The notes under the pieces are model-generated. The model worked only from the letters and a program-made list of their open reading frames with translations. It was not told the origin of the DNA and searched no databases. The position numbers and the translations under genes are program-made. From a virus (lineage: Duplodnaviria; Caudoviricetes): 64,000 bases of DNA. Location of the stretch: positions 17,840-81,839 of the IMG/VR virus record IMGVR_UViG_2740891848_000001. One strand, written 5' to 3'. Positions 19,268-27,117 of the stretch are shown piece by piece; within the stretch, counting starts at the first letter, position 1, and every line of letters begins with the position of its first letter.

Positions 19268-19622
19268 CCTCGTTCAGTCGACGCTCGATCACAGCCTGAA
19301 GCGGCGTAACGCCCTTCTCAGCCAGGATGCGTTGAGCAGTCCCACGGTTGGCACGCTCACGATCGAAGTCGCTCACCACTTCCGCGTTTTCAAGGAAGTC
19401 CGACAGGATGCCGATGACGTTCTGGGCGTCGCCGAGGATGGCATCAGCGATGCGTTGTGCGTCGTGATCGCTCAGATCGCTGATGCACTTTTCCTTGACC
19501 AGCTTCGCGAGTTGGTGGGGGATCGCGTAGGTGTATTCGTGGCGAATTGCCGCTTCGTGGTCGTCATGCCTCTGACCATCGCGCGTCTCATAGCGCTTGA
19601 TGACCTTCAGGTGCTTGTTCAT
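19254..19622 (-). CDS. Hypothetical protein, paralog of 18971-19267
   Basis: Shared KRY...DG...HE...AIP..L..L pattern. Confidence 0.6.
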   Translation of the reverse strand: MNKHLKVIKRYETRDGQRHDDHEAAIRHEYTYAIPHQLAKLVKEKCISDLSDHDAQRIADAILGDAQNVIGILSDFLENAEVVSDFDRERANRGTAQRILAEKGVTPLQAVIERRLNEDDHA

Positions 19623-19732
19623 TAGTCTTGATCCAGAGATTGGAGTTGTTCTTGAAGACGCAGCGGGTCAACCGGCAGTTCTTGCGAACGCAGGTATTCG
19701 CTGACCGTCTCGGCCAGAAAGTCAAAGCTCAT
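19622..19732 (-). CDS. 36-aa small ORF (MSFDFLAETVSEYLRSQELPVDPLRLQEQLQSLDQD)
   Basis: Manual translation; TAATG overlap with the next gene and CACCACCAC 9 nt upstream of the ATG; below the ORF-track size cutoff. Confidence 0.5.
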   Translation of the reverse strand: MSFDFLAETVSEYLRSQELPVDPLRLQEQLQSLDQD

Positions 19733-19774
19733 GTGATTTATGTGGTGGTGATTAAGTGCAGAGCTGCACTATTC

Positions 19775-20167
19775 CTACAGCGCGATAGGCATCGACATCA
19801 CGTTGTCGAACACGTCGTGCAGATAGTCCTTGATCGCGTTGCGATCGCGGCCTGTGATCTTGATGACATAGCCGTATTCGAGCGATGGCGTGACGATGAC
19901 CTTGTGCTCAGTCCAGCCGTCATACATCCCCACGGAGTTCATGTGGTGATAGTCGGCTTGAAACACGAGTTTGTTGCTCTTGCATTCGTCGTCGAGCAGC
20001 TTCACGCCGCTGTCGATTCCGGAGCCGCTGGGCAGCAGCTTGAGCATGGCGTCGAGGCGTTCTTCGTGACGAGGAACCCATGACTTGTGCGACTCAGTCG
20101 CTGAGGATGACTTACAACGCTCGATGGTTGCCAATTGCTGTGCAATGGCTTGATAAAGCGGCTTCAT
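19775..20167 (-). CDS. Hypothetical phage protein (LPSGSGID...HHMN..G.YDGWT motif)
   Basis: Start MKPLYQ with a CACCACCAC leader. Confidence 0.65.
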   Translation of the reverse strand: MKPLYQAIAQQLATIERCKSSSATESHKSWVPRHEERLDAMLKLLPSGSGIDSGVKLLDDECKSNKLVFQADYHHMNSVGMYDGWTEHKVIVTPSLEYGYVIKITGRDRNAIKDYLHDVFDNVMSMPIAL

Positions 20168-20332
20168 AACGTGTTTCCGTGGTGGTGGAAGTTTTGATCC
20201 TAGAAGCCTCATGGCGGGCCTCCGGGGACTACAGTGCTACGCTGGTATTGCCCAACCCCCACAAGCCTGCGGTGAGGGCTGTCATGCGGTCTGCGGCCAG
20301 GTGCAGACCTGCACATTCTGTTGCGTTTGCTG

Positions 20333-20755
20333 CTACAGCACAGCGAGACCGACGATCACTACTGCGCAGAGGGCCAGCCCTGCGAAGATGATGCGGTCCC
20401 ACCTGGCTTGCGCCTTCTGCTCGGCCGGCGTCAGTTGCACGACGACGCGGTGCGAGACGGAGTAGGAGCGCAGGCGTCCTTCAAGCGTCGGATCGAAGAG
20501 GCCCGGAGCCGGAGCTGGAGCAGGAGCGCGGAGTGCGCGGACTGCTTCAGGAGCTGGAGCCGGAGCACTGCCTTTAGCTGAGGCAGAGAACGCTACGTCG
20601 ATCTGCTCGATGGATGCGAGCCATTGAGTCTTCTCGAAATATACGGTCGCACAGGGCGCAACAGCTGCCAGTGGCGTTGGAGCTGTAGCGCGTTTCGTGT
20701 GACTGCGCACATTCGAGGAGTGCAAGGATAGCGGAAAAACGTTGGAAGTTTTCAT
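20333..20755 (-). CDS. Hypothetical protein with Pro/Ala linkers and a C-terminal transmembrane anchor
   Basis: APAPAP tracts; C-terminal IIFAGLALCAVVIVGLAVL. Confidence 0.55.
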   Translation of the reverse strand: MKTSNVFPLSLHSSNVRSHTKRATAPTPLAAVAPCATVYFEKTQWLASIEQIDVAFSASAKGSAPAPAPEAVRALRAPAPAPAPGLFDPTLEGRLRSYSVSHRVVVQLTPAEQKAQARWDRIIFAGLALCAVVIVGLAVL

Positions 20756-20766
20756 GTGTGGTGGTG

Positions 20767-21252
20767 AACTATCAGATAGTTGTGAGATTCGACCGCGCGG
20801 GCCAGCGCGCTGGGGTCAAAAACGGTGTGCGAATAGACTTTCGATTTTTACTTCTTAAGGACACTTATCTCTATCTGATAATTGACGTCCTCACTCGTGG
20901 ATCGACTTTGAAAGTCTATTCAACACCCCCTTCTCTTTTCTTGGGGGAAAGGGAAGGAAGAAAAAGAAGAAGAAGTAGGAAGCTAAGAGATTGATTTGAA
21001 GGGCGAAAAACGCCGCTTTCAGAACTATCTGATAGTTTGCGCACGGCGCGATGTTTTGCCCGTGGTCTGACACAACGAGCTTGTGGTCTCCAAGTGGGTT
21101 ATCACTGGGGCTGGAGCGCAACGGCGACTTATCCACAACTGCGGAGCCTCCCGGTTACGCGTTGGACACTCAACCCATAGGTGGAACAACGCTACCCCTC
21201 CACCGCACGCGACATCCACACGCTTCACTCGCCGCGCCAACTATCAGATAGT
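20767..21252. promoter_or_regulatory. Non-coding control region with AACTATC-W-GATAGTT palindromes
   Basis: Perfect copies at 20767-20781 and 21023-21037, near-perfect at 21239-21252, partial at 20871-20880. Purine tract at about 20941-20990. Confidence 0.65.
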
Positions 21253-21266
21253 GCAGATCTGCACCT

Positions 21267-21707
21267 TCAACGCCGCGCACGCAACGGAGCGATTTCGTCC
21301 CGCACGCGCCCACCCCACTTCTCGGCCAGCGCTCCCAAAGCCATGCGAACGCCGTCCTTACGCCACACGTCAGCGCGCTGCCGCTCCTGCTCCTGGCGCT
21401 CTGCGACCTGTACGCGCTTGCGGGTCAGCTTCCGCTCCACATGCGTGCTGTAGCGGCGTGGCTCGGGAGCCGGAGCGGTAGCGGGCGACCATTCGGAATA
21501 CCGCGCCCACTGCGGCAACTCGTCCAGCTCCATGTCGCCGGCATCCACGCACGCCCGGAGTGACGCCAACGTGGCCAGGCGCTCGGCGCGCTCGCCGTGT
21601 TGCTGATCGAAGTCGACATGCACGGTATAGGCTTTAGCCGCATCAACCCCGGCCGTGATCGCTTTTGAGTAATTCGAGATGGTTGGATCGAGATAACGCA
21701 TGGTCAT
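21267..21707 (-). CDS. Hypothetical phage protein
   Basis: 146-aa ORF with a palindrome 12 nt upstream of the ATG. Confidence 0.45.
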   Translation of the reverse strand: MTMRYLDPTISNYSKAITAGVDAAKAYTVHVDFDQQHGERAERLATLASLRACVDAGDMELDELPQWARYSEWSPATAPAPEPRRYSTHVERKLTRKRVQVAERQEQERQRADVWRKDGVRMALGALAEKWGGRVRDEIAPLRARR

Positions 21708-21928
21708 TTACCTGAAAAGGTGCAGAACTGCACTTTGTCCGGAATCAAATCGGCGCGGCCTATAAGGAGAGCCAGGCATGGCTAGTCAACCACGACAGCA
21801 GGACGCTACAGCGGCCCAATCAGGCGCAATGGCGTGCTGATGCGGTTGACTCGCAATCCGGCGCGGAAAACGCGCCCTTTATACATACAGCGAAACACAA
21901 CCAGCGCTTTCGCGCCGGTCGATGCTGC

Positions 21929-22630
21929 TTAAGCCTTCAGGAGTTCCGGCGTAGCCGCCAGTTCAGCCAGTTCCGCATACATGGCCCGCGCATATTCGCG
22001 CCGTTGTCCTTCGGACAACATCTTGAGCATGGCGCGCGTCTGAAACACGAGATCGGAAACCGTGCCAAGCATCGCGCTCACCGATTCAACCGGGTCCGCG
22101 TTATCGGCTTGCTGCGGCTTGCTTACTTCTGGCTCGCTAGGCGTGCGTGGCGTGGCTTGCTTGGGCTTCTTTTCCGCTGTCGGTTTGCTGAAACCGAATT
22201 CAACAAAAAGCGCGTCCGTGCTATGACACTTAAGACCAAAGAGCCAAGCCTTAACTACTGCGGTTGCGTCCTTATCATCGTCCGCATTCAACACGTCAAG
22301 CATGTTGAGACCCTTTGCGGCCGCTTGCTTGCAGATACCAACAGCCTTTTCAACATAGCGCTTAGCCGTGCCCATGCAAGCATCCGAAAGCGTGGCGCGC
22401 GCTACTTCGTCCAATGCTTCCCACGCTTTCGCGCCTTCGCGCTGCGCCGCCAGCTCAAATGCGACCGGGCGAACGTTGTTAGCGGCAAAGCCACGCTCTG
22501 CAAACGAACCTTGGCGCAAGTAGACCGCGACCAATGCAGCATAAGCGCCGCCGACAACAGATTTTTCAGCGGAAACAATCGCCTTAACTGCGAACTTGAT
22601 TTGTTCAAGCGTCGGAGTGTTGATAGACAT
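21929..22630 (-). CDS. Hypothetical phage protein
   Basis: Start MSINTP with a GGAG RBS; first gene of the early arm. Confidence 0.55.
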   Translation of the reverse strand: MSINTPTLEQIKFAVKAIVSAEKSVVGGAYAALVAVYLRQGSFAERGFAANNVRPVAFELAAQREGAKAWEALDEVARATLSDACMGTAKRYVEKAVGICKQAAAKGLNMLDVLNADDDKDATAVVKAWLFGLKCHSTDALFVEFGFSKPTAEKKPKQATPRTPSEPEVSKPQQADNADPVESVSAMLGTVSDLVFQTRAMLKMLSEGQRREYARAMYAELAELAATPELLKA

Positions 22631-22958
22631 TGTAGAAACTCCAGTAATAAGCGCTTCATTGCGCCGATTAAGCCAGTATGAAAAGTGCAGCTCTGCACTT
22701 TCCTTCTCTTTGTCAAAAGTGCAGACGCTGCACTTTTGAACATTGCGGGCGCACGAATGCCGACCCGCAGCAGACCCATAGGTGGTGGTGGTCTGCTTCG
22801 CTCTCCCGTCAGGGATTAGTAACACTATACCTAGATATTATTGTGAGGGGAAGTGGCTGGATGCCGATTACGCCAAACCCATTAATTCTAAAATTTCAGA
22901 TTTTCCAACCTAGGTATAGTATTATTTAAAATATTCACCACAGATTCAGGAGCGGCAC

Positions 22959-23522
22959 TTGGCCAAAGAGAAGTTCACTAGGGAACAGTTCACTGTCGAG
23001 CTTGCGAAAGAGTGGTTTTCGTATGATACGAACGCAGGACTTGTTATCCGCATCAAGAATCCGACGCGTGGGCCTAAGACGGCCGGCACACGCGCTGGAG
23101 CGCTCCACAAGCCCAGTGGGATGCGCCAGGTCATCTTCCAAGGCGTGAGCGTCTACGAGCAGCAGCTGGTCTGGGCGCTAGTCACCGGCGAGTGGCCCGC
23201 AGGCAAGCTAAAGTTTAAGGACGGAGATCCGTTAAACACCCGTTTTGACAATCTATGCGCGGCGGCGAACACCGCGGAGAGTTACGAAGCATTACATTCT
23301 GGCACTGAGTTGGGGCAGACACCTCTCTCGGGAGTAGTTCCTACCTCAAGCGGGAAATTTAAGGCTCAAATTTTTCGCGAGTGGATGATCTATCTAGGAA
23401 CGTTTGAGACACCGGAGTTAGCTAGTGAAGCATACTTGCGGGCCAAGTCAGTCCTTCACTCTCCCCTGAACAGGGCCAAGTCGACACACGAACTCTTGGA
23501 AGAGCTATCAGAGTCTCCTTAA
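22959..23522 (+). CDS. HNH-like/AP2 DNA-binding protein (homing endonuclease-derived)
   Basis: WPAGKLKFKDGDPLNTRFDNL (degenerate HNH) plus AP2-like GKFKAQI...YLGTFETPELASEAY; TTG start with an AGGAG RBS. Confidence 0.75.
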   Translation: MAKEKFTREQFTVELAKEWFSYDTNAGLVIRIKNPTRGPKTAGTRAGALHKPSGMRQVIFQGVSVYEQQLVWALVTGEWPAGKLKFKDGDPLNTRFDNLCAAANTAESYEALHSGTELGQTPLSGVVPTSSGKFKAQIFREWMIYLGTFETPELASEAYLRAKSVLHSPLNRAKSTHELLEELSESP

Positions 23523-23577
23523 GAGTTCCTGATGCACCTTAGTATCATCTTGAATCACAAATTTGCAACTTGAAAGC

Positions 23578-23606
23578 TTGCAAAGGACTTTGGAGATGTT
23601 TATAGT
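23578..23606 (+). promoter_or_regulatory. Sigma70-type promoter
   Basis: TTGCAA (23578-83), 17-bp spacer, TATAGT (23601-06). Confidence 0.6.
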
Positions 23607-23609
23607 TCG

Positions 23610-23778
23610 GTCTCAAGTGCTGCGTGATCTGTGGTGGTGAGCGCAGCAGCTGAGACGCCAGTCTCAGTCATGACTTAGGGGTGGCCAGCTCCGAAGTCGA
23701 CCGTCCTAGACGGTAGTTTTGATCCATTGTAGAAGCTCAAAAAGCCCATCCGATTAGCTATCGAATGGGCTTTTTCCT
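23610..23778 (+). ncRNA. Putative structured small RNA, C4/CI-like antisense RNA candidate
   Basis: No ORF between the promoter and terminator. Hairpins: TGCTGCG/CGCAGCA (23618-48) around TCTGTGGTGGTGA; GACTT-a-GGGGT/GCTCC-g-AAGTC (23672-98) around GGCCA; ACCGTC/GACGGT (23700-14). Confidence 0.6.
23739..23775. terminator. Bidirectional rho-independent terminator
   Basis: AAAAAGCCCAT...ATGGGCTTTTT, between the sRNA and the convergent primase gene. Confidence 0.8.
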
Positions 23779-23869
23779 TTTCAACCTACGAATTGTCATT
23801 CAAGTGTGCGAACTGCTGTGTTTACATACAGTAGTCAGTAGTCGTTCTCTTTGTTGAACACTTGAACGT

Positions 23870-26389
23870 CTAGGCGGTGACGGGCTGCTCTCCAGAATGG
23901 TCCTTCGTCGTACTCGACGCACTCCCCGCTCCCACAAGTGTGAGGTTCTTGTACTCGACGGACTGCCCGCCCATCGGAGTGTGTTCGATCGTAAGTTTGA
24001 ATCCGAACTCGGTAGCCAATTCCCTCATCTTTGCTCTGAACTGAGTCGATCCAACAGGCCGCGCAGACCCCGGCCCGACGCAGAAGGACCAATATGCCTG
24101 ATAGAGCTTCGTTTCCGTGACGGATGTGGGGGTCGAAGTCTTCGACCCAGCGGACTCCGCTTCTTGGAGAGCGTGAATCCGCACCTTCCCGCTCTCCATG
24201 AGAAAAAAACGTACGCTGTTGTTCAGGTTCGCTACCTCACGCATGATTTGCGTATGCGAAGCGGGAATCGTGAACTCGTTTAGCGTCTTCAACCGTCCCA
24301 TCGACTGTACCGCCCACGCAACGATGGCCTCACGCTCCTCAACCACGATCGCGTCACCGAGATCGAGCCGGCGCTCGGATGCTTTCACTGGCCGATTGAA
24401 CTGGAACACGAGCCAGCGACGATTGAAACCCTCTGACGTGTCTTCCGTACGTGGGTAGTGGTTCGATGCAAACCAGTGCGTGCAGATAGGATTGAAGCGA
24501 AAAATCTGACCTCCTTTCATCTGGCCCGACATCTCAGCCCCGTCGATGATGTCCTTGAACTTCTGACCATCGACAGTCTTCTTTTCCGACAGCTCGCCAG
24601 CCACGTTGATGATCTTCTCAAACATCTGCGTGGGCAAAAACTTGTCACTCCACTCGTTAGGCGGCACCGCCGAACGAGCGGAGTCTGGTACGAGAGCTTG
24701 TGCGATCTTCAAAAGCTGCGATTTCCCAGACTTAGGGGCGCCTTGGAGCAAAACCGCACGTTGATAACGCGGCCCCAAACCAAAAAGCGTGACTGCCAGC
24801 GCTTCCTGAATAGCATCCACTTTTTGGAGATAATCGTCGTCCTCACCCCAGCTTTTGTGAAGAAAGTCGAAAAACATCGACGATTTACCTGCCGCCTCAG
24901 GCAAATAACGGAACGGCAACGTATATGTCATGCCGTAACCGAGGTCGTGGGGCAGCAATTTGAGGTCTTCCGTGAGAAAACCATTGGCGAAATTGACGCC
25001 CTTCACGTCGACCGTCTTAATCCCTTGGGTCATGAGCATTTTCATGACCTGAAAGACGCCGCGAATGTCGTTGAATTTCTTGCACGCCGCTAGATGGCCA
25101 TAGTCCGAGCTGATCTTCGACATAATGTACGTGTCGTCCACCTTCTCCCAGTGTGAGCCTGCCCACTTCCACACGAAGCCGTTGTGAGAGCGAACTTGGA
25201 ACAGCTGCTCCAGATCCTTGATCACCGCGCGAGCGATCTCAGACTGGTCCTGGCCCTTGATGTCACCCATGCGCAACTCTTTGATGCGCGCTTTCAAACT
25301 CGAGACCTTCACGCCGAGACCCGAGGTCATCGCGATGAACTCAAGCAGGCGGTCCTCTTCGAGCTTATTCAGCCCGGTGGTCGTGGCCACCTTCTGCAAT
25401 GCCTTGTCCACCGACGAAGAACGACCCGGCGATTCCTTCGGAAAACGCTCGAACTCGTCGATCAGAAACTGCTTCAGATCCTCAAACGACCACTCCTCCT
25501 GGTCCTTCGTAATCTCCAAACCCCAGGCTTCCTTCTCCTCGCCAGTCATGCCCTCGTCCCAGCCGGTCGGCAGCACCTTCTGCTTTTCGAACACGTCCCG
25601 TTGCAGGAACTTGATCATGTTGCGGACGTGCTTGTCTACGTCGATCGGGTCGCCCGCAACGTTCTCGACGAAGTCGGCCGCGTACGCCTGAAGCATGCCG
25701 ATCGCTTCCTTCAGGCTACGGTCACCGCGAATCACCGCGTACGCGAAGAGGCCCGCACGCTCGGTCAGCGACGTGTCGCGCGAGCCGGCCGACGCATAGT
25801 CAATCACGCGCGTCCAACCGGAGTGCGACAGCTCGACGCCGGCCTCGGTGAGCGCGGCCCGCAGAAGCGCCTCAATGTTCTCGTCGAGAGGCACCAGATT
25901 CTTGTGAACGTCGACGAGGTCACAGCTCGCCTGGTAAGGGAGTTGCGTATCCGGGTGAATCGACGGAGGCAGCACCGACTGCGTGCGTGCGGAAAGCATT
26001 TCACAGATTGTCTCGCCGCTCGTGTTCTTGATCCGGAAAGTCTTCACGCCAGAGTAGCGGAACGCGAGCATCGCGCCCTTCTTGCCGATACGGCGCCACG
26101 GAGAAGGCGGCAGCAGTTGCTCGATCACGTTCATCAACCGGATGTCTTCCGTGTCGATGTCCATCATGACGATGCCAGACTGCGGGCCGAGCACGATACC
26201 GATGTTCGAATCACGGCACTGCTCGATCCAACTGGCTTGTTGCTCCGGTTCCACCGGATGATCGAAGTAACGCGACCAGTCGTTCGGGATCGGCTTCTTT
26301 TCGCGCGGATAAAGCGGGATGACCGGGAGACCCGCCGCGTAGTAGCGCGGCGCGGTCTGGGCAAAGATGGGTTGGCGTTCGGTCTTCAT
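23870..26389 (-). CDS. Bifunctional primase-polymerase (prim-pol) fused to a D5/P4-type SF3 helicase
   Basis: N-terminal PVIPLYPREKKP...NIGIVLG...MDID, Walker A GAPKSGKS, WFASNHYP...GFNRRW. Confidence 0.88.
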   Translation of the reverse strand: MKTERQPIFAQTAPRYYAAGLPVIPLYPREKKPIPNDWSRYFDHPVEPEQQASWIEQCRDSNIGIVLGPQSGIVMMDIDTEDIRLMNVIEQLLPPSPWRRIGKKGAMLAFRYSGVKTFRIKNTSGETICEMLSARTQSVLPPSIHPDTQLPYQASCDLVDVHKNLVPLDENIEALLRAALTEAGVELSHSGWTRVIDYASAGSRDTSLTERAGLFAYAVIRGDRSLKEAIGMLQAYAADFVENVAGDPIDVDKHVRNMIKFLQRDVFEKQKVLPTGWDEGMTGEEKEAWGLEITKDQEEWSFEDLKQFLIDEFERFPKESPGRSSSVDKALQKVATTTGLNKLEEDRLLEFIAMTSGLGVKVSSLKARIKELRMGDIKGQDQSEIARAVIKDLEQLFQVRSHNGFVWKWAGSHWEKVDDTYIMSKISSDYGHLAACKKFNDIRGVFQVMKMLMTQGIKTVDVKGVNFANGFLTEDLKLLPHDLGYGMTYTLPFRYLPEAAGKSSMFFDFLHKSWGEDDDYLQKVDAIQEALAVTLFGLGPRYQRAVLLQGAPKSGKSQLLKIAQALVPDSARSAVPPNEWSDKFLPTQMFEKIINVAGELSEKKTVDGQKFKDIIDGAEMSGQMKGGQIFRFNPICTHWFASNHYPRTEDTSEGFNRRWLVFQFNRPVKASERRLDLGDAIVVEEREAIVAWAVQSMGRLKTLNEFTIPASHTQIMREVANLNNSVRFFLMESGKVRIHALQEAESAGSKTSTPTSVTETKLYQAYWSFCVGPGSARPVGSTQFRAKMRELATEFGFKLTIEHTPMGGQSVEYKNLTLVGAGSASSTTKDHSGEQPVTA

Positions 26390-26943
26390 GCGTTCTCTTC
26401 TGTGGTGGTGTCAGTCGCGTCATCGTCAGCTGCTGCTGAACGGGCCAGGACGCTCCTAAGTCGATCCATAACGTCCGTACGCTGGTCAGGCGATAGGACT
26501 TCTTCCATGATCGTGAGTACGGTGTCCTGGAAGTCTTTGATCTGCTTGACTCCAAGCGCGCGCTCACGAGCATTAACAAGGCGTTCCAACAAACTGGTCG
26601 CGGTGCGGAAATACGCCATCCGCTCCGTTTGATCTGATGCCGCTATGCCCTTGCCGTAGTTCTTCAGCTCCGTAAAGACGCTGTGAAGGTCACTAGCAAG
26701 CGTGCTGTCAATTTCATCCTCGGAAACTGGGGTTGATGGAGGCTTTTGATCCTCTGTCGGCTTGTTCATCACTTGCCAACCCTGTCGGAATGAGACGACT
26801 TCATTGACGAACTGCTTCGTCTTCGGGTCGTACGGACATTCTGTGTCATTGAGGTATTCGCGGTCCTCGATAGTCAGCGTGACAGCAGTGTGCAACGCCC
26901 ATCCAACGAGGGCATCAATGTAGGGGTAGTGGCGTTCGCTCAT
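26386..26943 (-). CDS. Hypothetical helical protein
   Basis: Start MSERHYP; 4-nt overlap with the primase gene. Confidence 0.6.
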   Translation of the reverse strand: MSERHYPYIDALVGWALHTAVTLTIEDREYLNDTECPYDPKTKQFVNEVVSFRQGWQVMNKPTEDQKPPSTPVSEDEIDSTLASDLHSVFTELKNYGKGIAASDQTERMAYFRTATSLLERLVNARERALGVKQIKDFQDTVLTIMEEVLSPDQRTDVMDRLRSVLARSAAADDDATDTTTEENA

Positions 26944-27117
26944 GATTGATCCATTGAAGAAGTGCGAGAATATTCGGTTCCGCACATAAGGAAAATGAAA
27001 ATCAGCGGCACTATCAGATAAAAACGCACAACTATCGTCTGATTGCGAACATACATTTTTTCTTTGTGTTGTGTCGAAGCCTCACTGAGAATAGCGCCTG
27101 ATCCAAAGGTCTCCTCA

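Larger units (their letters stand above)
12049..22733. promoter_or_regulatory. Family of palindromic operator-like sites GTGCAG-N2/3-CTGCAC
   Basis: N2 copies at 12049, 14884, 18197, 19756, 20301, 21251, 21720, 22685. N3 copies at 18691 and 22719. One-mismatch copy at 17253. Mostly intergenic. Confidence 0.75.

Noticed and set aside
23610-23720. tRNA gene
   Set aside because: Multi-hairpin, but no GTTCRA T-loop, D-loop pattern or acceptor stem with CCA.
25184-26632. Long opposite-strand ORFs (also 168-1046, 5784-6959, 32215-33513, 46593-48605, 59251-60372)
   Set aside because: Shadow ORFs of GC-rich genes with recognisable products on the other strand; Arg/His-rich composition with no motifs.
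26386-26943. Terminase small subunit
   Set aside because: It is adjacent to the large subunit but on the opposite strand and coupled to the primase; no recognisable motif.
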